Positions 1 through 12,804 are shown, counted from the stretch's first letter. The stretch: 64,000 bases of DNA from Perkinsela sp. CCAP 1560/9 (GCA_965644495.1 CBFFSA010000010.1:620001-684000); one strand, 5' to 3'. The notes: a model not told the origin generated them from the letters alone. Made by a program: numbers and translations.

Positions 1-38
1 GCTTACGAAAGCAAGGGTAAAAATAATAAAACAAAATA

Positions 39-294
39 CTATACCCCCCCTGCTTATGAGTTCCCCGGTTTTGAGAAAAAGGAACTCTTAAGCATACCAG
101 ATGATAACTGGATCCAAAACAAATATCCGCTCAGTGAACGAACCTGTAGAGCAGGCTGACGTAGAGTAGAAATTTATGACATTTTGTCACATGTAAAAAA
201 AGGCTTCGCAAAATGTGGGTACAAAAGCATTCACCAGAAAAAGGAACTCATAAGCGTACCTGAGTAGGGGGAACTTATAAGCAGGGGGGCATAG
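39..294. mobile_element. MITE, Tc1/mariner-like, TA TSD (also at 5490-5745 and 10942-11197)
   Basis: TA-CTATACCCCCCCTGCTTATGAGTTCCCC ... GGGGGAACTTATAAGCAGGGGGGCATAG-TA; internal repeat AAAAAGGAACTCWTAAGCRTACC occurs twice. Confidence 0.85.
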
Positions 295-869
295 TACACG
301 AAATTCAAAAACCTACCATCAAGAGGCTTTTTTAAATGGTTCATTCAGCTGCTACATTCAGCTGTATTCGCGTGTCTCCATAGGTTGCCAAAAAGAATGA
401 AAGCGCAAAAAACGCTTCATGTGATTCCTTGATGATGGTTGGCATTCTTTAGAGCGCATAAATTACTTGTTCCAAGTTTTTGGTGATAGAGGCGGGAAAA
501 ATGTTGAAAACCCCGTGAATACTATACGCGAATACGTAAATACTACTAAATACTATACTACATGAATACGTGAATACTAAAATCAAAGATTTTTTAGGTA
601 TACATTACTATCGGACCAGGCCTCGGGGGGCCGATCGTATACCGCGGTTTCTCGGGACGCCACCCGCAGCCCCTCAAATATCAACTTTTAACAGGAAAAT
701 TCGGAGAAGTATTAGTATTTTTCTAATCATTTCTCTAACAGTATCATTTATCTAACAGTAATCATTTATCTAACAGTAAACAAGGCCCCCGCCCCTCCAA
801 TTTACACAGCCAATCAATCGAATACAATTGAACAATCAATCTAATTGCACACATCAAGTACGTACAGGA

Positions 870-1592
870 CTAATCCAAATCATCATGTACATGCATGTCC
901 TCTTCATCTTCATCCTCATCAACGTCCTCATCTTCATACTCATCAACGTCATCTTCATCCACATCAAAGTAGAGCTCTCGAATTCGACATCCGTCCGAGA
1001 CTGTAATGTTTGTTTGCAGAAAGTCGTAATACAAATCAGGGCTGTGCATATCCACATCAAACGCACCTTCGAGTTCGCTGTTGCTCGACAGCTTTAGTTC
1101 CTCCAAAGTTGTCGGAAGTGATGAGAAATCGACGGTGCCATGGAAATGATTTTTTTCGACATCCAAGACCTCCAGTATGGGTGGGAGCTGGAGCAAGTCA
1201 AGATGACCGGTTAACTGATTCGCATACAAATATATTTGCGTTAGGTTCGGAGGAAACACTTCCAAGGGAAGTTCACCGCGAAGATGGCCATGTTGCATGC
1301 GAAAAGAAACTTAACTCTGTGGCAAATATTTCCAAACTAAGAATCCTAGGTTTTCAAAACACCAACTGAATTCTTTAACTTGATTCTTCTCGTCGCATTC
1401 AACGCCTTCCCACTCGCATGCAGGTGTGTCGGTGTTCCAGCTAGGGGGTCTTTCCTGCATATTTTGAATAAGTCTTATTAAATCGTACTCTTGCGGCACG
1501 GTAATAGAGCTCACCTTCGCTGCACAAGGACGACTTATAGATTGTTCCTCAGCTGCACGTAATGCACAGGCTAATGCACAGAACTCAAACAT
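870..1592 (-). pseudogene. LRR-family gene with acidic tail, interrupted by in-frame TAA at 1311-1313
   Basis: ORFs 1311-1826 and 870-1298 are in the same frame. PQEYDL, CEWEGVEC cap and LPxxLxxLxLxxNxFxG repeats are present. The TAA aligns to Leu in the paralog (YLPQS* vs YLPPNL). Confidence 0.85.
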
Positions 1593-1901
1593 TTTTGTCA
1601 GGTGGCAAAAAGAAATCGGAATAAACAAAAGGTGTCTCTGTATGTGGCTATCTAAGTCTTGCAAAAAAAGCCAACTATCAATACTAAAAGAATAGGCTTC
1701 ACCTTTGTACGTACCACATGATACAGTAGCTACACAAGTATACCTCCCGATTGTCGCGTACATTTCATTTCGCGCAAGAGCTTTTCGTTTACCAAAGTCC
1801 GCGTTTTCTTTTTCATGAGGAAACACTACCGATTTTTTTTACAACCTTTATACTAAAAAAAATTATGACTTCTTATTTTTTAGACGCCCTCCCCTTTTTC
1901 T

Positions 1902-4169
1902 TCATCTTTTCTCTCTCCCCTCGGTTTCCTCTTGCAGAAACCGATCCAAGATATTCTTCTGATGGTAGGACTCGTTGGAGAAGCTGGCGCTGATCTGCAG
2001 GAACGTGGCGCGGGCGCTGTCCGGGATCCGCAGCCCCGCCTCCCGGAACACGCTCTCGAGCTCCCGCAGCGCCTTCATCCAGTCCCGGTGGACGTGACGC
2101 GCGAAGGTGGCGCAGAGGTTATGCAGAAACCGCTCGGGGGAGAGAGCAGAGGCCCTCGAAGGGGAAGAAGAGTCCCTTAAAGCGTTCTCCTCAGAGCCCG
2201 GGAAGAGCAAAACATCGGGGAGACCACAGCGCTCGAGTAAGGCACTCGTGGTCACGTCTTTTTTAGGATAGGATCCAGGAGATAGGGAAGGTGAAGATAG
2301 GGAGGAAGAATCTTCTTCTTCCGCTGCTTCTCCTGGGAGGTATTGGTTTCCGATTGTTGTCCCGTCGATGGAATCTAAATTCTCTTCTTCGGGTAAGGTT
2401 TTTGAAGGCGTAACGTTTTGTTTGGAAGAAGAAATCGGAGGATTTTCGTTTTTGTTGGGACTGCTCTCCGTATCCGGCCCTTCCCTTTTTCCTTTTTCTG
2501 TGTTAATTTGTTCGTTTGCTTTTTTTGCCTCCTCGATGACCGCAGGGAGAGCGACACGGGCAATGTGATGGGCAATATCCAACGCCTGGGTGTGTTGCTT
2601 CATTAAAATGGTGGCCGCGAGACTGAGACCGAAACACATCCAATTGGAGGGAAAGATTTGTTGAGGCGAGTTGCTATTCATTACGGCTTCCTCCTCTGTT
2701 GCTGAGCACCCCCGGATTTCGGGTTGAACTTGATTGGAAGCACACAGTAAGGGTCGGATATACTCAAAATAGATATCGTAGGCGGCGTGAAGATTACTAC
2801 ACATTAAATGTGCATGCAACATGGAGCACACAAGGGCAAGACTACGACGGAGAGGAGGGGGGGCGTTTCCTTTGCTTTTATCCTGCTTTTCAAGTTTTCC
2901 TCCTCTTCCTGCGTTTTCTTCCTCATTTATTGCCTCTTTTTCTCCGCCTGCCTCTTCACGCTGTAAAATTTCCGTGAAATCGATCAATGCGGTGGCCTGA
3001 TGCTCCCGGGCCATGGACTGGATTACGCCTTGAATCGCTTGGCGCGAGTTACGAAATTCCGCTCGGGTCTCGACGAGATAGAGTCCCGTCGGCCAGTCCC
3101 CTTGCTCCCTCAGGGCCTGGATGATTTGATGCGGACCAGAGGGGTCCAGCGGGATGTGTTCCCGATCCATTTGTTGGAGTTCCGAAACTGCAGGGTGGAT
3201 ACGTTGGGCTTCACGACGCTCCGCATCGTAACGCTGCTCCACGGTTTGCGAGGCGTTTTCTTGAGCTCGAGCGAGTTCAGTTTCAAATTCTGATTCTACA
3301 TCAGACGCTGTAAATTCATTCGTATTCTCCTCTTTTTTCGGAAGAGAAGAAAAAGTGGTGTCTGTTCTTGAATTCATATTTTCCGTACTTTGAGATGCGC
3401 TACTTTCTGTTGTTTTGTTTCGCGATAGCACCGCATTGACTTTTTCTCGCATCTCTCGGTGTTTCTCCATTCGTCGTACGTTCAGTCGGGTAGGACTCCG
3501 TTCCGGAGCTAATCCTTTTTGGGTAAACTTCGCCACACATAAGGAAGTGCGAATGGAGCTTCGAGTGGCATCAGAGAAGAATGCTTCGGGAAACTGTATA
3601 GCCTCTGGCTCACTTCTGGATAAAGAAGCCGTGCCGTTGACAAAAGAAAGATCCTTCCCGAGATTCTCTACAAAAGAAAGCGCTCCTGCACGAGCGGCTA
3701 GCCGCAGTAACACTACAAAACATTCCAATGAAAGCGGAGTGTTGGGAAAAAAACAATTGGATGGAAGAGTGGAAGGAATCGAAGAAGAGGACGGTGCATT
3801 TGCCTCGCTTCTTCTCAAAGCTGTCCTTACTACCTCCACGGCCTCTCTCCATAAGTTAGGCGGGAGTTTATTCAAAATTCGTGGAATCGAGTCTGGCGGG
3901 GGGCTCTCGCCTGCTTCTCTTAACTCCCGCAGCGCACGGAGTATAGCATCCGGGTTCGTACTTCGCTCCGAGAGCGCGAGAAAGATTTGAGGTTTCGAGC
4001 GAAGCGACGGGGGGAGAACACGAAGCAGCCGGGAAAGATGTGTTGAATGGGAAACATTTCGAATCGCCGCCGCAACCACAGCGGACGTGAGCGTCGTTTC
4101 GGGGGAGGTAAACCTTGTTGAGCATTCACCATTCTCCCCTTTGGGTTGTCCTACATTCTCCTGGTCCAT
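1902..4169 (-). CDS. 5'-truncated copy (755 aa) of the 844-aa helical-repeat protein
   Basis: Nearly identical to 12805-15072. The amplification junction at 4262 removes the native start, and the frame upstream reaches TGA without an ATG. Confidence 0.75.
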   Translation of the reverse strand: MDQENVGQPKGENGECSTRFTSPETTLTSAVVAAAIRNVSHSTHLSRLLRVLPPSLRSKPQIFLALSERSTNPDAILRALRELREAGESPPPDSIPRILNKLPPNLWREAVEVVRTALRRSEANAPSSSSIPSTLPSNCFFPNTPLSLECFVVLLRLAARAGALSFVENLGKDLSFVNGTASLSRSEPEAIQFPEAFFSDATRSSIRTSLCVAKFTQKGLAPERSPTRLNVRRMEKHREMREKVNAVLSRNKTTESSASQSTENMNSRTDTTFSSLPKKEENTNEFTASDVESEFETELARAQENASQTVEQRYDAERREAQRIHPAVSELQQMDREHIPLDPSGPHQIIQALREQGDWPTGLYLVETRAEFRNSRQAIQGVIQSMAREHQATALIDFTEILQREEAGGEKEAINEEENAGRGGKLEKQDKSKGNAPPPLRRSLALVCSMLHAHLMCSNLHAAYDIYFEYIRPLLCASNQVQPEIRGCSATEEEAVMNSNSPQQIFPSNWMCFGLSLAATILMKQHTQALDIAHHIARVALPAVIEEAKKANEQINTEKGKREGPDTESSPNKNENPPISSSKQNVTPSKTLPEEENLDSIDGTTIGNQYLPGEAAEEEDSSSLSSPSLSPGSYPKKDVTTSALLERCGLPDVLLFPGSEENALRDSSSPSRASALSPERFLHNLCATFARHVHRDWMKALRELESVFREAGLRIPDSARATFLQISASFSNESYHQKNILDRFLQEETEGREKR

Positions 4170-4662
4170 ACTTTGCGTATTTTTTTCGCTTTTTTCTACT
4201 CCGGGGCAAAGCGTATCGAGTACATTTACCAGTGCTGTCAGCTCTGTCGTTTTGTTGCTGCCAGGCCAACGCAGCCCCCATGTCGGCCCGAAAGAGCGCT
4301 GTGGAACTGATCAGGGCGGGGGGGGCGAATTTCAGAACAGAAGCATTATATACCCCCCCCTCTCAATTAAAGTAAAACGCATGCCAGATGAATAAAATGA
4401 GTCAAAAATACTTTTTTAAAGCCTGTAACATATGCCCAACGTTTCTTTCAAACGAAACAGAGAAACCAAAAAAAAATTATTTTACCCTATTTTGGTGCAT
4501 TCTCACCCATCTTGACCCAGAATTTCTTTCACATTTTATGCCCATTTTACACTCGTCGAATTAATACGGCCAAACGACAAGCCAAACGACAAGCGAGGCG
4601 GAATTCTGAAAAAAATCATTTTCGAAAGAATCCTCATCATTGCACTCATCATCCTCATCACG

Positions 4663-5286
4663 CTAGACCTCTCGAAATAAACATCCATTCGATACCGTGA
4701 TGTTTGTACGCCGAACGTCGTAGCTCAAATTCGGACTGCACATTCCCACATCGAACGCACCTTTGAGGTCACTGTTCCAAGACAGCGTCAGCTCGGACAA
4801 ACCTGTTGGAAGTAACGAAAAATCTACGATGCCAAAAAACTGATTGCTTTGAACGTCAAAAACCTCCAATGAAGGTGGAAGTCGCAAAAGGACGAGATTA
4901 CCTGTTAACTTATTGTAATACAGATAAATGTATACGAGAGATGGGGGAAACATCTCTAGTGGAAGTTCACCACGAAGATGGGCTTTCATCACCTCTAGAG
5001 ACTCTAAATTTGGCGGCAAATATTTCCAATTTAACGATCCTAAATCTGCAAAACGCCAGCTTATAGCTTTAACTCGTTTCTTCTCACAACATTCAATGCC
5101 ATACCACTCACAGACAGGTGTGTTGGTGTCCCAGGTACGATGCTTTTTATCTGCGCTTTCAACAAGTCTTGCCAAATTGTATTCTTGCGGTACGGAAACA
5201 GACCTTATTTTCGCTGCCCGGGGATGCGTTGAAGAGTGTACATCCGATGCACGTAGCGGACATATCATTAAAAAGGAGTAAGTCAT
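4663..5286 (-). CDS. LRR-family protein (207 aa); in-frame acidic tail follows the TAG
   Basis: PQEYNL, CEWYGIEC and 23-aa LRRs; the frame continues RDEDDECNDEDSFEND after the TAG. Confidence 0.85.
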   Translation of the reverse strand: MTYSFLMICPLRASDVHSSTHPRAAKIRSVSVPQEYNLARLVESADKKHRTWDTNTPVCEWYGIECCEKKRVKAISWRFADLGSLNWKYLPPNLESLEVMKAHLRGELPLEMFPPSLVYIYLYYNKLTGNLVLLRLPPSLEVFDVQSNQFFGIVDFSLLPTGLSELTLSWNSDLKGAFDVGMCSPNLSYDVRRTNITVSNGCLFREV

Positions 5287-6320
5287 TGAACTTTGAAACG
5301 CTGTAAAGAAATTGGAAGAGGTGTTGAATAAATTGCTCGGTCAAGGGAACTACTGTACCTAGTTATCTGCCGCTTTTTTTTGCGCAATTTCTTTTAAGAA
5401 AAATAAAAAAAAGTATTCTGAAAAAAAGCGTGATGAAAAAAAAATCGGTCTGCTTACGAAAGCAAGGGTAAAAATAATAAAACAAAATACTATACCCCCC
5501 CTGCTTATGAGTTCCCCGGTTTTGAGAAAAAGGAACTCTTAAGCATACCAGATGATAACTGGATCCAAAACAAATATCCGCTCAGTGAACGAACCTGTAG
5601 AGCAGGCTGACGTAGAGTAGAAATTTATGACATTTTGTCACATGTAAAAAAAGGCTTCGCAAAATGTGGGTACAAAAGCATTCACCAGAAAAAGGAACTC
5701 ATAAGCGTACCTGAGTAGGGGGAACTTATAAGCAGGGGGGCATAGTACACGAAATTCAAAAACCTACCATCAAGAGGCTTTTTTAAATGGTTCATTCAGC
5801 TGCTACATTCAGCTGTATTCGCGTGTCTCCATAGGTTGCCAAAAAGAATGAAAGCGCAAAAAACGCTTCATGTGATTCCTTGATGATGGTTGGCATTCTT
5901 TAGAGCGCATAAATTACTTGTTCCAAGTTTTTGGTGATAGAGGCGGGAAAAATGTTGAAAACCCCGTGAATACTATACGCGAATACGTAAATACTACTAA
6001 ATACTATACTACATGAATACGTGAATACTAAAATCAAAGATTTTTTAGGTATACATTACTATCGGACCAGGCCTCGGGGGGCCGATCGTATACCGCGGTT
6101 TCTCGGGACGCCACCCGCAGCCCCTCAAATATCAACTTTTAACAGGAAAATTCGGAGAAGTATTAGTATTTTTCTAATCATTTCTCTAACAGTATCATTT
6201 ATCTAACAGTAATCATTTATCTAACAGTAAACAAGGCCCCCGCCCCTCCAATTTACACAGCCAATCAATCGAATACAATTGAACAATCAATCTAATTGCA
6301 CACATCAAGTACGTACAGGA

Positions 6321-7043
6321 CTAATCCAAATCATCATGTACATGCATGTCCTCTTCATCTTCATCCTCATCAACGTCCTCATCTTCATACTCATCAACGT
6401 CATCTTCATCCACATCAAAGTAGAGCTCTCGAATTCGACATCCGTCCGAGACTGTAATGTTTGTTTGCAGAAAGTCGTAATACAAATCAGGGCTGTGCAT
6501 ATCCACATCAAACGCACCTTCGAGTTCGCTGTTGCTCGACAGCTTTAGTTCCTCCAAAGTTGTCGGAAGTGATGAGAAATCGACGGTGCCATGGAAATGA
6601 TTTTTTTCGACATCCAAGACCTCCAGTATGGGTGGGAGCTGGAGCAAGTCAAGATGACCGGTTAACTGATTCGCATACAAATATATTTGCGTTAGGTTCG
6701 GAGGAAACACTTCCAAGGGAAGTTCACCGCGAAGATGGCCATGTTGCATGCGAAAAGAAACTTAACTCTGTGGCAAATATTTCCAAACTAAGAATCCTAG
6801 GTTTTCAAAACACCAACTGAATTCTTTAACTTGATTCTTCTCGTCGCATTCAACGCCTTCCCACTCGCATGCAGGTGTGTCGGTGTTCCAGCTAGGGGGT
6901 CTTTCCTGCATATTTTGAATAAGTCTTATTAAATCGTACTCTTGCGGCACGGTAATAGAGCTCACCTTCGCTGCACAAGGACGACTTATAGATTGTTCCT
7001 CAGCTGCACGTAATGCACAGGCTAATGCACAGAACTCAAACAT
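6321..7043 (-). pseudogene. LRR gene with in-frame TAA (copy 2)
   Basis: Same translated ORFs as 870-1592. Confidence 0.85.
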
Positions 7044-7352
7044 TTTTGTCAGGTGGCAAAAAGAAATCGGAATAAACAAAAGGTGTCTCTGTATGTGGCT
7101 ATCTAAGTCTTGCAAAAAAAGCCAACTATCAATACTAAAAGAATAGGCTTCACCTTTGTACGTACCACATGATACAGTAGCTACACAAGTATACCTCCCG
7201 ATTGTCGCGTACATTTCATTTCGCGCAAGAGCTTTTCGTTTACCAAAGTCCGCGTTTTCTTTTTCATGAGGAAACACTACCGATTTTTTTTACAACCTTT
7301 ATACTAAAAAAAATTATGACTTCTTATTTTTTAGACGCCCTCCCCTTTTTCT

Positions 7353-9620
7353 TCATCTTTTCTCTCTCCCCTCGGTTTCCTCTTGCAGAAACCGATCCAA
7401 GATATTCTTCTGATGGTAGGACTCGTTGGAGAAGCTGGCGCTGATCTGCAGGAACGTGGCGCGGGCGCTGTCCGGGATCCGCAGCCCCGCCTCCCGGAAC
7501 ACGCTCTCGAGCTCCCGCAGCGCCTTCATCCAGTCCCGGTGGACGTGACGCGCGAAGGTGGCGCAGAGGTTATGCAGAAACCGCTCGGGGGAGAGAGCAG
7601 AGGCCCTCGAAGGGGAAGAAGAGTCCCTTAAAGCGTTCTCCTCAGAGCCCGGGAAGAGCAAAACATCGGGGAGACCACAGCGCTCGAGTAAGGCACTCGT
7701 GGTCACGTCTTTTTTAGGATAGGATCCAGGAGATAGGGAAGGTGAAGATAGGGAGGAAGAATCTTCTTCTTCCGCTGCTTCTCCTGGGAGGTATTGGTTT
7801 CCGATTGTTGTCCCGTCGATGGAATCTAAATTCTCTTCTTCGGGTAAGGTTGTTGAGGGCGTAACGTTTTGTTTGGAAGAAGAAATCGGAGGATTTTCGT
7901 TTTTGTTGGGACTGCTCTCCGTATCCGGCCCTTCCCTCTTTCCTTTTTCTGTGTTAATTTGTTCGTTTGCTTTTTTTGCCTCCTCGATGACCGCAGGGAG
8001 AGCGACACGGGCAATGTGATGGGCAATATCCAACGCCTGGGTGTGTTGCTTCATTAAAATGGTGGCCGCGAGACTGAGACCGAAACACATCCAATTGGAG
8101 GGAAAGATTTGTTGAGGCGAGTTGCTATTCATTACGGCTTCCTCCTCTGTTGCTGAGCACCCCCGGATTTCGGGTTGAACTTGATTGGAAGCACACAGTA
8201 AGGGTCGGATATACTCAAAATAGATATCGTAGGCGGCGTGAAGATTACTACACATTAAATGTGCATGCAACATGGAGCACACAAGGGCAAGACTACGACG
8301 GAGAGGAGGGGGGGCGTTTCCTTTGCTTTTATCCTGCTTTTCAAGTTTTCCTCCTCTTCCTGCGTTTTCTTCCTCATTTATTGCCTCTTTTTCTCCGCCT
8401 GCCTCTTCACGCTGTAAAATTTCCGTGAAATCGATCAATGCGGTGGCCTGATGCTCCCGGGCCATGGACTGGATTACGCCTTGAATCGCTTGGCGCGAGT
8501 TACGAAATTCCGCTCGGGTCTCGACGAGATAGAGTCCCGTCGGCCAGTCCCCTTGCTCCCTCAGGGCCTGGATGATTTGATGCGGACCAGAGGGGTCCAG
8601 CGGGATGTGTTCCCGATCCATTTGTTGGAGTTCCGAAACTGCAGGGTGGATACGTTGGGCTTCACGACGCTCCGCATCGTAACGCTGCTCCACGGTTTGC
8701 GAGGCGTTTTCTTGAGCTCGAGCGAGTTCAGTTTCAAATTCTGATTCTACATCAGACGCTGTAAATTCATTCGTATTCTCCTCTTTTTTCGGAAGAGCAG
8801 AAAAAGTGGTGTCTGTTCTTGAATTCATATTTTCCGTACTTTGAGATGCGCTACTTTCTGTTGTTTTGTTTCGCGATAGCACCGCATTGACTTTTTCTCG
8901 CATCTCTCGGTGTTTCTCCATTCGTCGTACGTTCAGTCGGGTAGGACTCCGTTCCGGAGCTAATCCTTTTTGGGTAAACTTCGCCACACATAAGGAAGTG
9001 CGAATGGAGCTTCGAGTGGCATCAGAGAAGAATGCTTCGGGAAACTGTATAGCCTCTGGCTCACTTCTGGATAAAGAAGCCGTGCCGTTGACAAAAGAAA
9101 GATCCTTCCCGAGATTCTCTACAAAAGAAAGCGCTCCTTCACGAGCGGCTAGCCGCAGTAACACTACAAAACATTCCAATGAAAGCGGAGTGTTGGGAAA
9201 AAAACAATTGGATGGAAGAGTGGAAGGAATCGAAGAAGAGGACGGTGCATTTGCATCGCTTCTTCTCAAAGCTGTCCTTACTACCTCCACGGCCTCTCTC
9301 CATAAGTTAGGCGGGAGTTTATTCAAAATTCGTGGAATCGAGTCTGGCGGGGGGCTCTCGCCTGCTTCTCTTAACTCCCGCAGCGCACGGAGTATAGCAT
9401 CCGGGTTCGTACTTCGCTCCGAGAGCGCGAGAAAGATTTGAGGTTTCGAGCGAAGCGACGGGGGGAGAACACGAAGCAGGCGGGAAAGATGTGTTGAATG
9501 GGAAACATTTCGAATCGCCGCCGCAACCACAGCGGACGTGAGCGTCGTTTCGGGGGAGGTAAACCTTGTTGAGCATTCACCATTCTCCCCTTTGGGTTGT
9601 CCTACATTCTCCTGGTCCAT
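7353..9620 (-). CDS. 5'-truncated copy 2 (755 aa) of the helical-repeat protein
   Basis: As 1902-4169, with a few private substitutions. Confidence 0.75.
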   Translation of the reverse strand: MDQENVGQPKGENGECSTRFTSPETTLTSAVVAAAIRNVSHSTHLSRLLRVLPPSLRSKPQIFLALSERSTNPDAILRALRELREAGESPPPDSIPRILNKLPPNLWREAVEVVRTALRRSDANAPSSSSIPSTLPSNCFFPNTPLSLECFVVLLRLAAREGALSFVENLGKDLSFVNGTASLSRSEPEAIQFPEAFFSDATRSSIRTSLCVAKFTQKGLAPERSPTRLNVRRMEKHREMREKVNAVLSRNKTTESSASQSTENMNSRTDTTFSALPKKEENTNEFTASDVESEFETELARAQENASQTVEQRYDAERREAQRIHPAVSELQQMDREHIPLDPSGPHQIIQALREQGDWPTGLYLVETRAEFRNSRQAIQGVIQSMAREHQATALIDFTEILQREEAGGEKEAINEEENAGRGGKLEKQDKSKGNAPPPLRRSLALVCSMLHAHLMCSNLHAAYDIYFEYIRPLLCASNQVQPEIRGCSATEEEAVMNSNSPQQIFPSNWMCFGLSLAATILMKQHTQALDIAHHIARVALPAVIEEAKKANEQINTEKGKREGPDTESSPNKNENPPISSSKQNVTPSTTLPEEENLDSIDGTTIGNQYLPGEAAEEEDSSSLSSPSLSPGSYPKKDVTTSALLERCGLPDVLLFPGSEENALRDSSSPSRASALSPERFLHNLCATFARHVHRDWMKALRELESVFREAGLRIPDSARATFLQISASFSNESYHQKNILDRFLQEETEGREKR

Positions 9621-10114
9621 ACTTTGCGTATTTTTTTCGCTTTTTTCTACTCCGGGGCAAAGCGTATCGAGTACATTTACCAGTGCTGTCAGCTCTGTCG
9701 TTTTGTTGCTGCCAGGCCAACGCAGCCCCCATGTCGGCCCGAAAGAGCGCTGTGGAACTGATCAGGGCGGGGGGGGCGAATTTCAGAACAGAAGCATTAT
9801 ATACCCCCCCCCTCTCAATTAAAGTAAAACGCATGCCAGATGAATAAAATGAGTCAAAAATACTTTTTTAAAGCCTGTAACATATGCCCAACGTTTCTTT
9901 CAAACGAAACAGAGAAACCAAAAAAAAATTATTTTACCCTATTTTGGTGCATTCTCACCCATCTTGACCCAGAATTTCTTTCACATTTTATGCCCATTTT
10001 ACACTCGTCGAATTAATACGGCCAAACGACAAGCCAAACGACAAGCGAGGCGGAATTCTGAAAAAAATCATTTTCGAAAGAATCCTCATCATTGCACTCA
10101 TCATCCTCATCACG

Positions 10115-10738
10115 CTAGACCTCTCGAAATAAACATCCATTCGATACCGTGATGTTTGTACGCCGAACGTCGTAGCTCAAATTCGGACTGCACATTCCCA
10201 CATCGAACGCACCTTTGAGGTCACTGTTCCAAGACAGCGTCAGCTCGGACAAACCTGTTGGAAGTAACGAAAAATCTACGATGCCAAAAAACTGATTGCT
10301 TTGAACGTCAAAAACCTCCAATGAAGGTGGAAGTCGCAAAAGGACGAGATTACCTGTTAACTTATTGTAATACAGATAAATGTATACGAGAGATGGGGGA
10401 AACATCTCTAGTGGAAGTTCACCACGAAGATGGGCTTTCATCACCTCTAGAGACTCTAAATTTGGCGGCAAATATTTCCAATTTAACGATCCTAAATCTG
10501 CAAAACGCCAGCTTATAGCTTTAACTCGTTTCTTCTCACAACATTCAATGCCATACCACTCACAGACAGGTGTGTTGGTGTCCCAGGTACGATGCTTTTT
10601 ATCTGCGCTTTCAACAAGTCTTGCCAAATTGTATTCTTGCGGTACGGAAACAGACCTTATTTTCGCTGCCCGGGGATGCGTTGAAGAGTGTACATCCGAT
10701 GCACGTAGCGGACATATCATTAAAAAGGAGTAAGTCAT
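10115..10738 (-). CDS. LRR-family protein (copy of 4663-5286)
   Basis: Identical protein. Confidence 0.85.
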   Translation of the reverse strand: MTYSFLMICPLRASDVHSSTHPRAAKIRSVSVPQEYNLARLVESADKKHRTWDTNTPVCEWYGIECCEKKRVKAISWRFADLGSLNWKYLPPNLESLEVMKAHLRGELPLEMFPPSLVYIYLYYNKLTGNLVLLRLPPSLEVFDVQSNQFFGIVDFSLLPTGLSELTLSWNSDLKGAFDVGMCSPNLSYDVRRTNITVSNGCLFREV

Positions 10739-11772
10739 TGAACTTTGAAACGCTGTAAAGAAATTGGAAGAGGTGTTGAATAAATTGCTCGGTCAAGGGA
10801 ACTACTGTACCTAGTTATCTGCCGCTTTTTTTTGCGCAATTTCTTTTAAGAAAAATAAAAAAAAGTATTCTGAAAAAAAGCGTGATGAAAAAAAAATCGG
10901 TCTGCTTACGAAAGCAAGGGTAAAAATAATAAAACAAAATACTATACCCCCCCTGCTTATGAGTTCCCCGGTTTTGAGAAAAAGGAACTCTTAAGCATAC
11001 CAGATGATAACTGGATCCAAAACAAATATCCGCTCAGTGAACGAACCTGTAGAGCAGGCTGACGTAGAGTAGAAATTTATGACATTTTGTCACATGTAAA
11101 AAAAGGCTTCGCAAAATGTGGGTACAAAAGCATTCACCAGAAAAAGGAACTCATAAGCGTACCTGAGTAGGGGGAACTTATAAGCAGGGGGGCATAGTAC
11201 ACGAAATTCAAAAACCTACCATCAAGAGGCTTTTTTAAATGGTTCATTCAGCTGCTACATTCAGCTGTATTCGCGTGTCTCCATAGGTTGCCAAAAAGAA
11301 TGAAAGCGCAAAAAACGCTTCATGTGATTCCTTGATGATGGTTGGCATTCTTTAGAGCGCATAAATTACTTGTTCCAAGTTTTTGGTGATAGAGGCGGGA
11401 AAAATGTTGAAAACCCCGTGAATACTATACGCGAATACGTAAATACTACTAAATACTATACTACATGAATACGTGAATACTAAAATCAAAGATTTTTTAG
11501 GTATACATTACTATCGGACCAGGCCTCGGGGGGCCGATCGTATACCGCGGTTTCTCGGGACGCCACCCGCAGCCCCTCAAATATCAACTTTTAACAGGAA
11601 AATTCGGAGAAGTATTAGTATTTTTCTAATCATTTCTCTAACAGTATCATTTATCTAACAGTAATCATTTATCTAACAGTAAACAAGGCCCCCGCCCCTC
11701 CAATTTACACAGCCAATCAATCGAATACAATTGAACAATCAATCTAATTGCACACATCAAGTACGTACAGGA

Positions 11773-12495
11773 CTAATCCAAATCATCATGTACATGCATG
11801 TCCTCTTCATCTTCATCCTCATCAACGTCCTCATCTTCATACTCATCAACGTCATCTTCATCCACATCAAAGTAGAGCTCTCGAATTCGACATCCGTCCG
11901 AGACTGTAATGTTTGTTTGCAGAAAGTCGTAATACAAATCAGGGCTGTGCATATCCACATCAAACGCACCTTCGAGTTCGCTGTTGCTCGACAGCTTTAG
12001 TTCCTCCAAAGTTGTCGGAAGTGATGAGAAATCGACGGTGCCATGGAAATGATTTTTTTCGACATCCAAGACCTCCAGTATGGGTGGGAGCTGGAGCAAG
12101 TCAAGATGACCGGTTAACTGATTCGCATACAAATATATTTGCGTTAGGTTCGGAGGAAACACTTCCAAGGGAAGTTCACCGCGAAGATGGCCATGTTGCA
12201 TGCGAAAAGAAACTTAACTCTGTGGCAAATATTTCCAAACTAAGAATCCTAGGTTTTCAAAACACCAACTGAATTCTTTAACTTGATTCTTCTCGTCGCA
12301 TTCAACGCCTTCCCACTCGCATGCAGGTGTGTCGGTGTTCCAGCTAGGGGGTCTTTCCTGCATATTTTGAATAAGTCTTATTAAATCGTACTCTTGCGGC
12401 ACGGTAATAGAGCTCACCTTCGCTGCACAAGGACGACTTATAGATTGTTCCTCAGCTGCACGTAATGCACAGGCTAATGCACAGAACTCAAACAT
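11773..12495 (-). pseudogene. LRR gene with in-frame TAA (copy 3)
   Basis: Same translated ORFs as 870-1592. Confidence 0.85.
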
Positions 12496-12804
12496 TTTTG
12501 TCAGGTGGCAAAAAGAAATCGGAATAAACAAAAGGTGTCTCTGTATGTGGCTATCTAAGTCTTGCAAAAAAAGCCAACTATCAATACTAAAAGAATAGGC
12601 TTCACCTTTGTACGTACCACATGATACAGTAGCTACACAAGTATACCTCCCGATTGTCGCGTACATTTCATTTCGCGCAAGAGCTTTTCGTTTACCAAAG
12701 TCCGCGTTTTCTTTTTCATGAGGAAACACTACCGATTTTTTTTACAACCTTTATACTAAAAAAAATTATGACTTCTTATTTTTTAGACGCCCTCCCCTTT
12801 TTCT

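Noticed and set aside
3415-3990. Plus-strand ORFs overlapping the large genes (e.g. 191 aa here, 28361-28927, 58442-58972)
   Set aside because: They are antisense shadows of real minus-strand CDSs.
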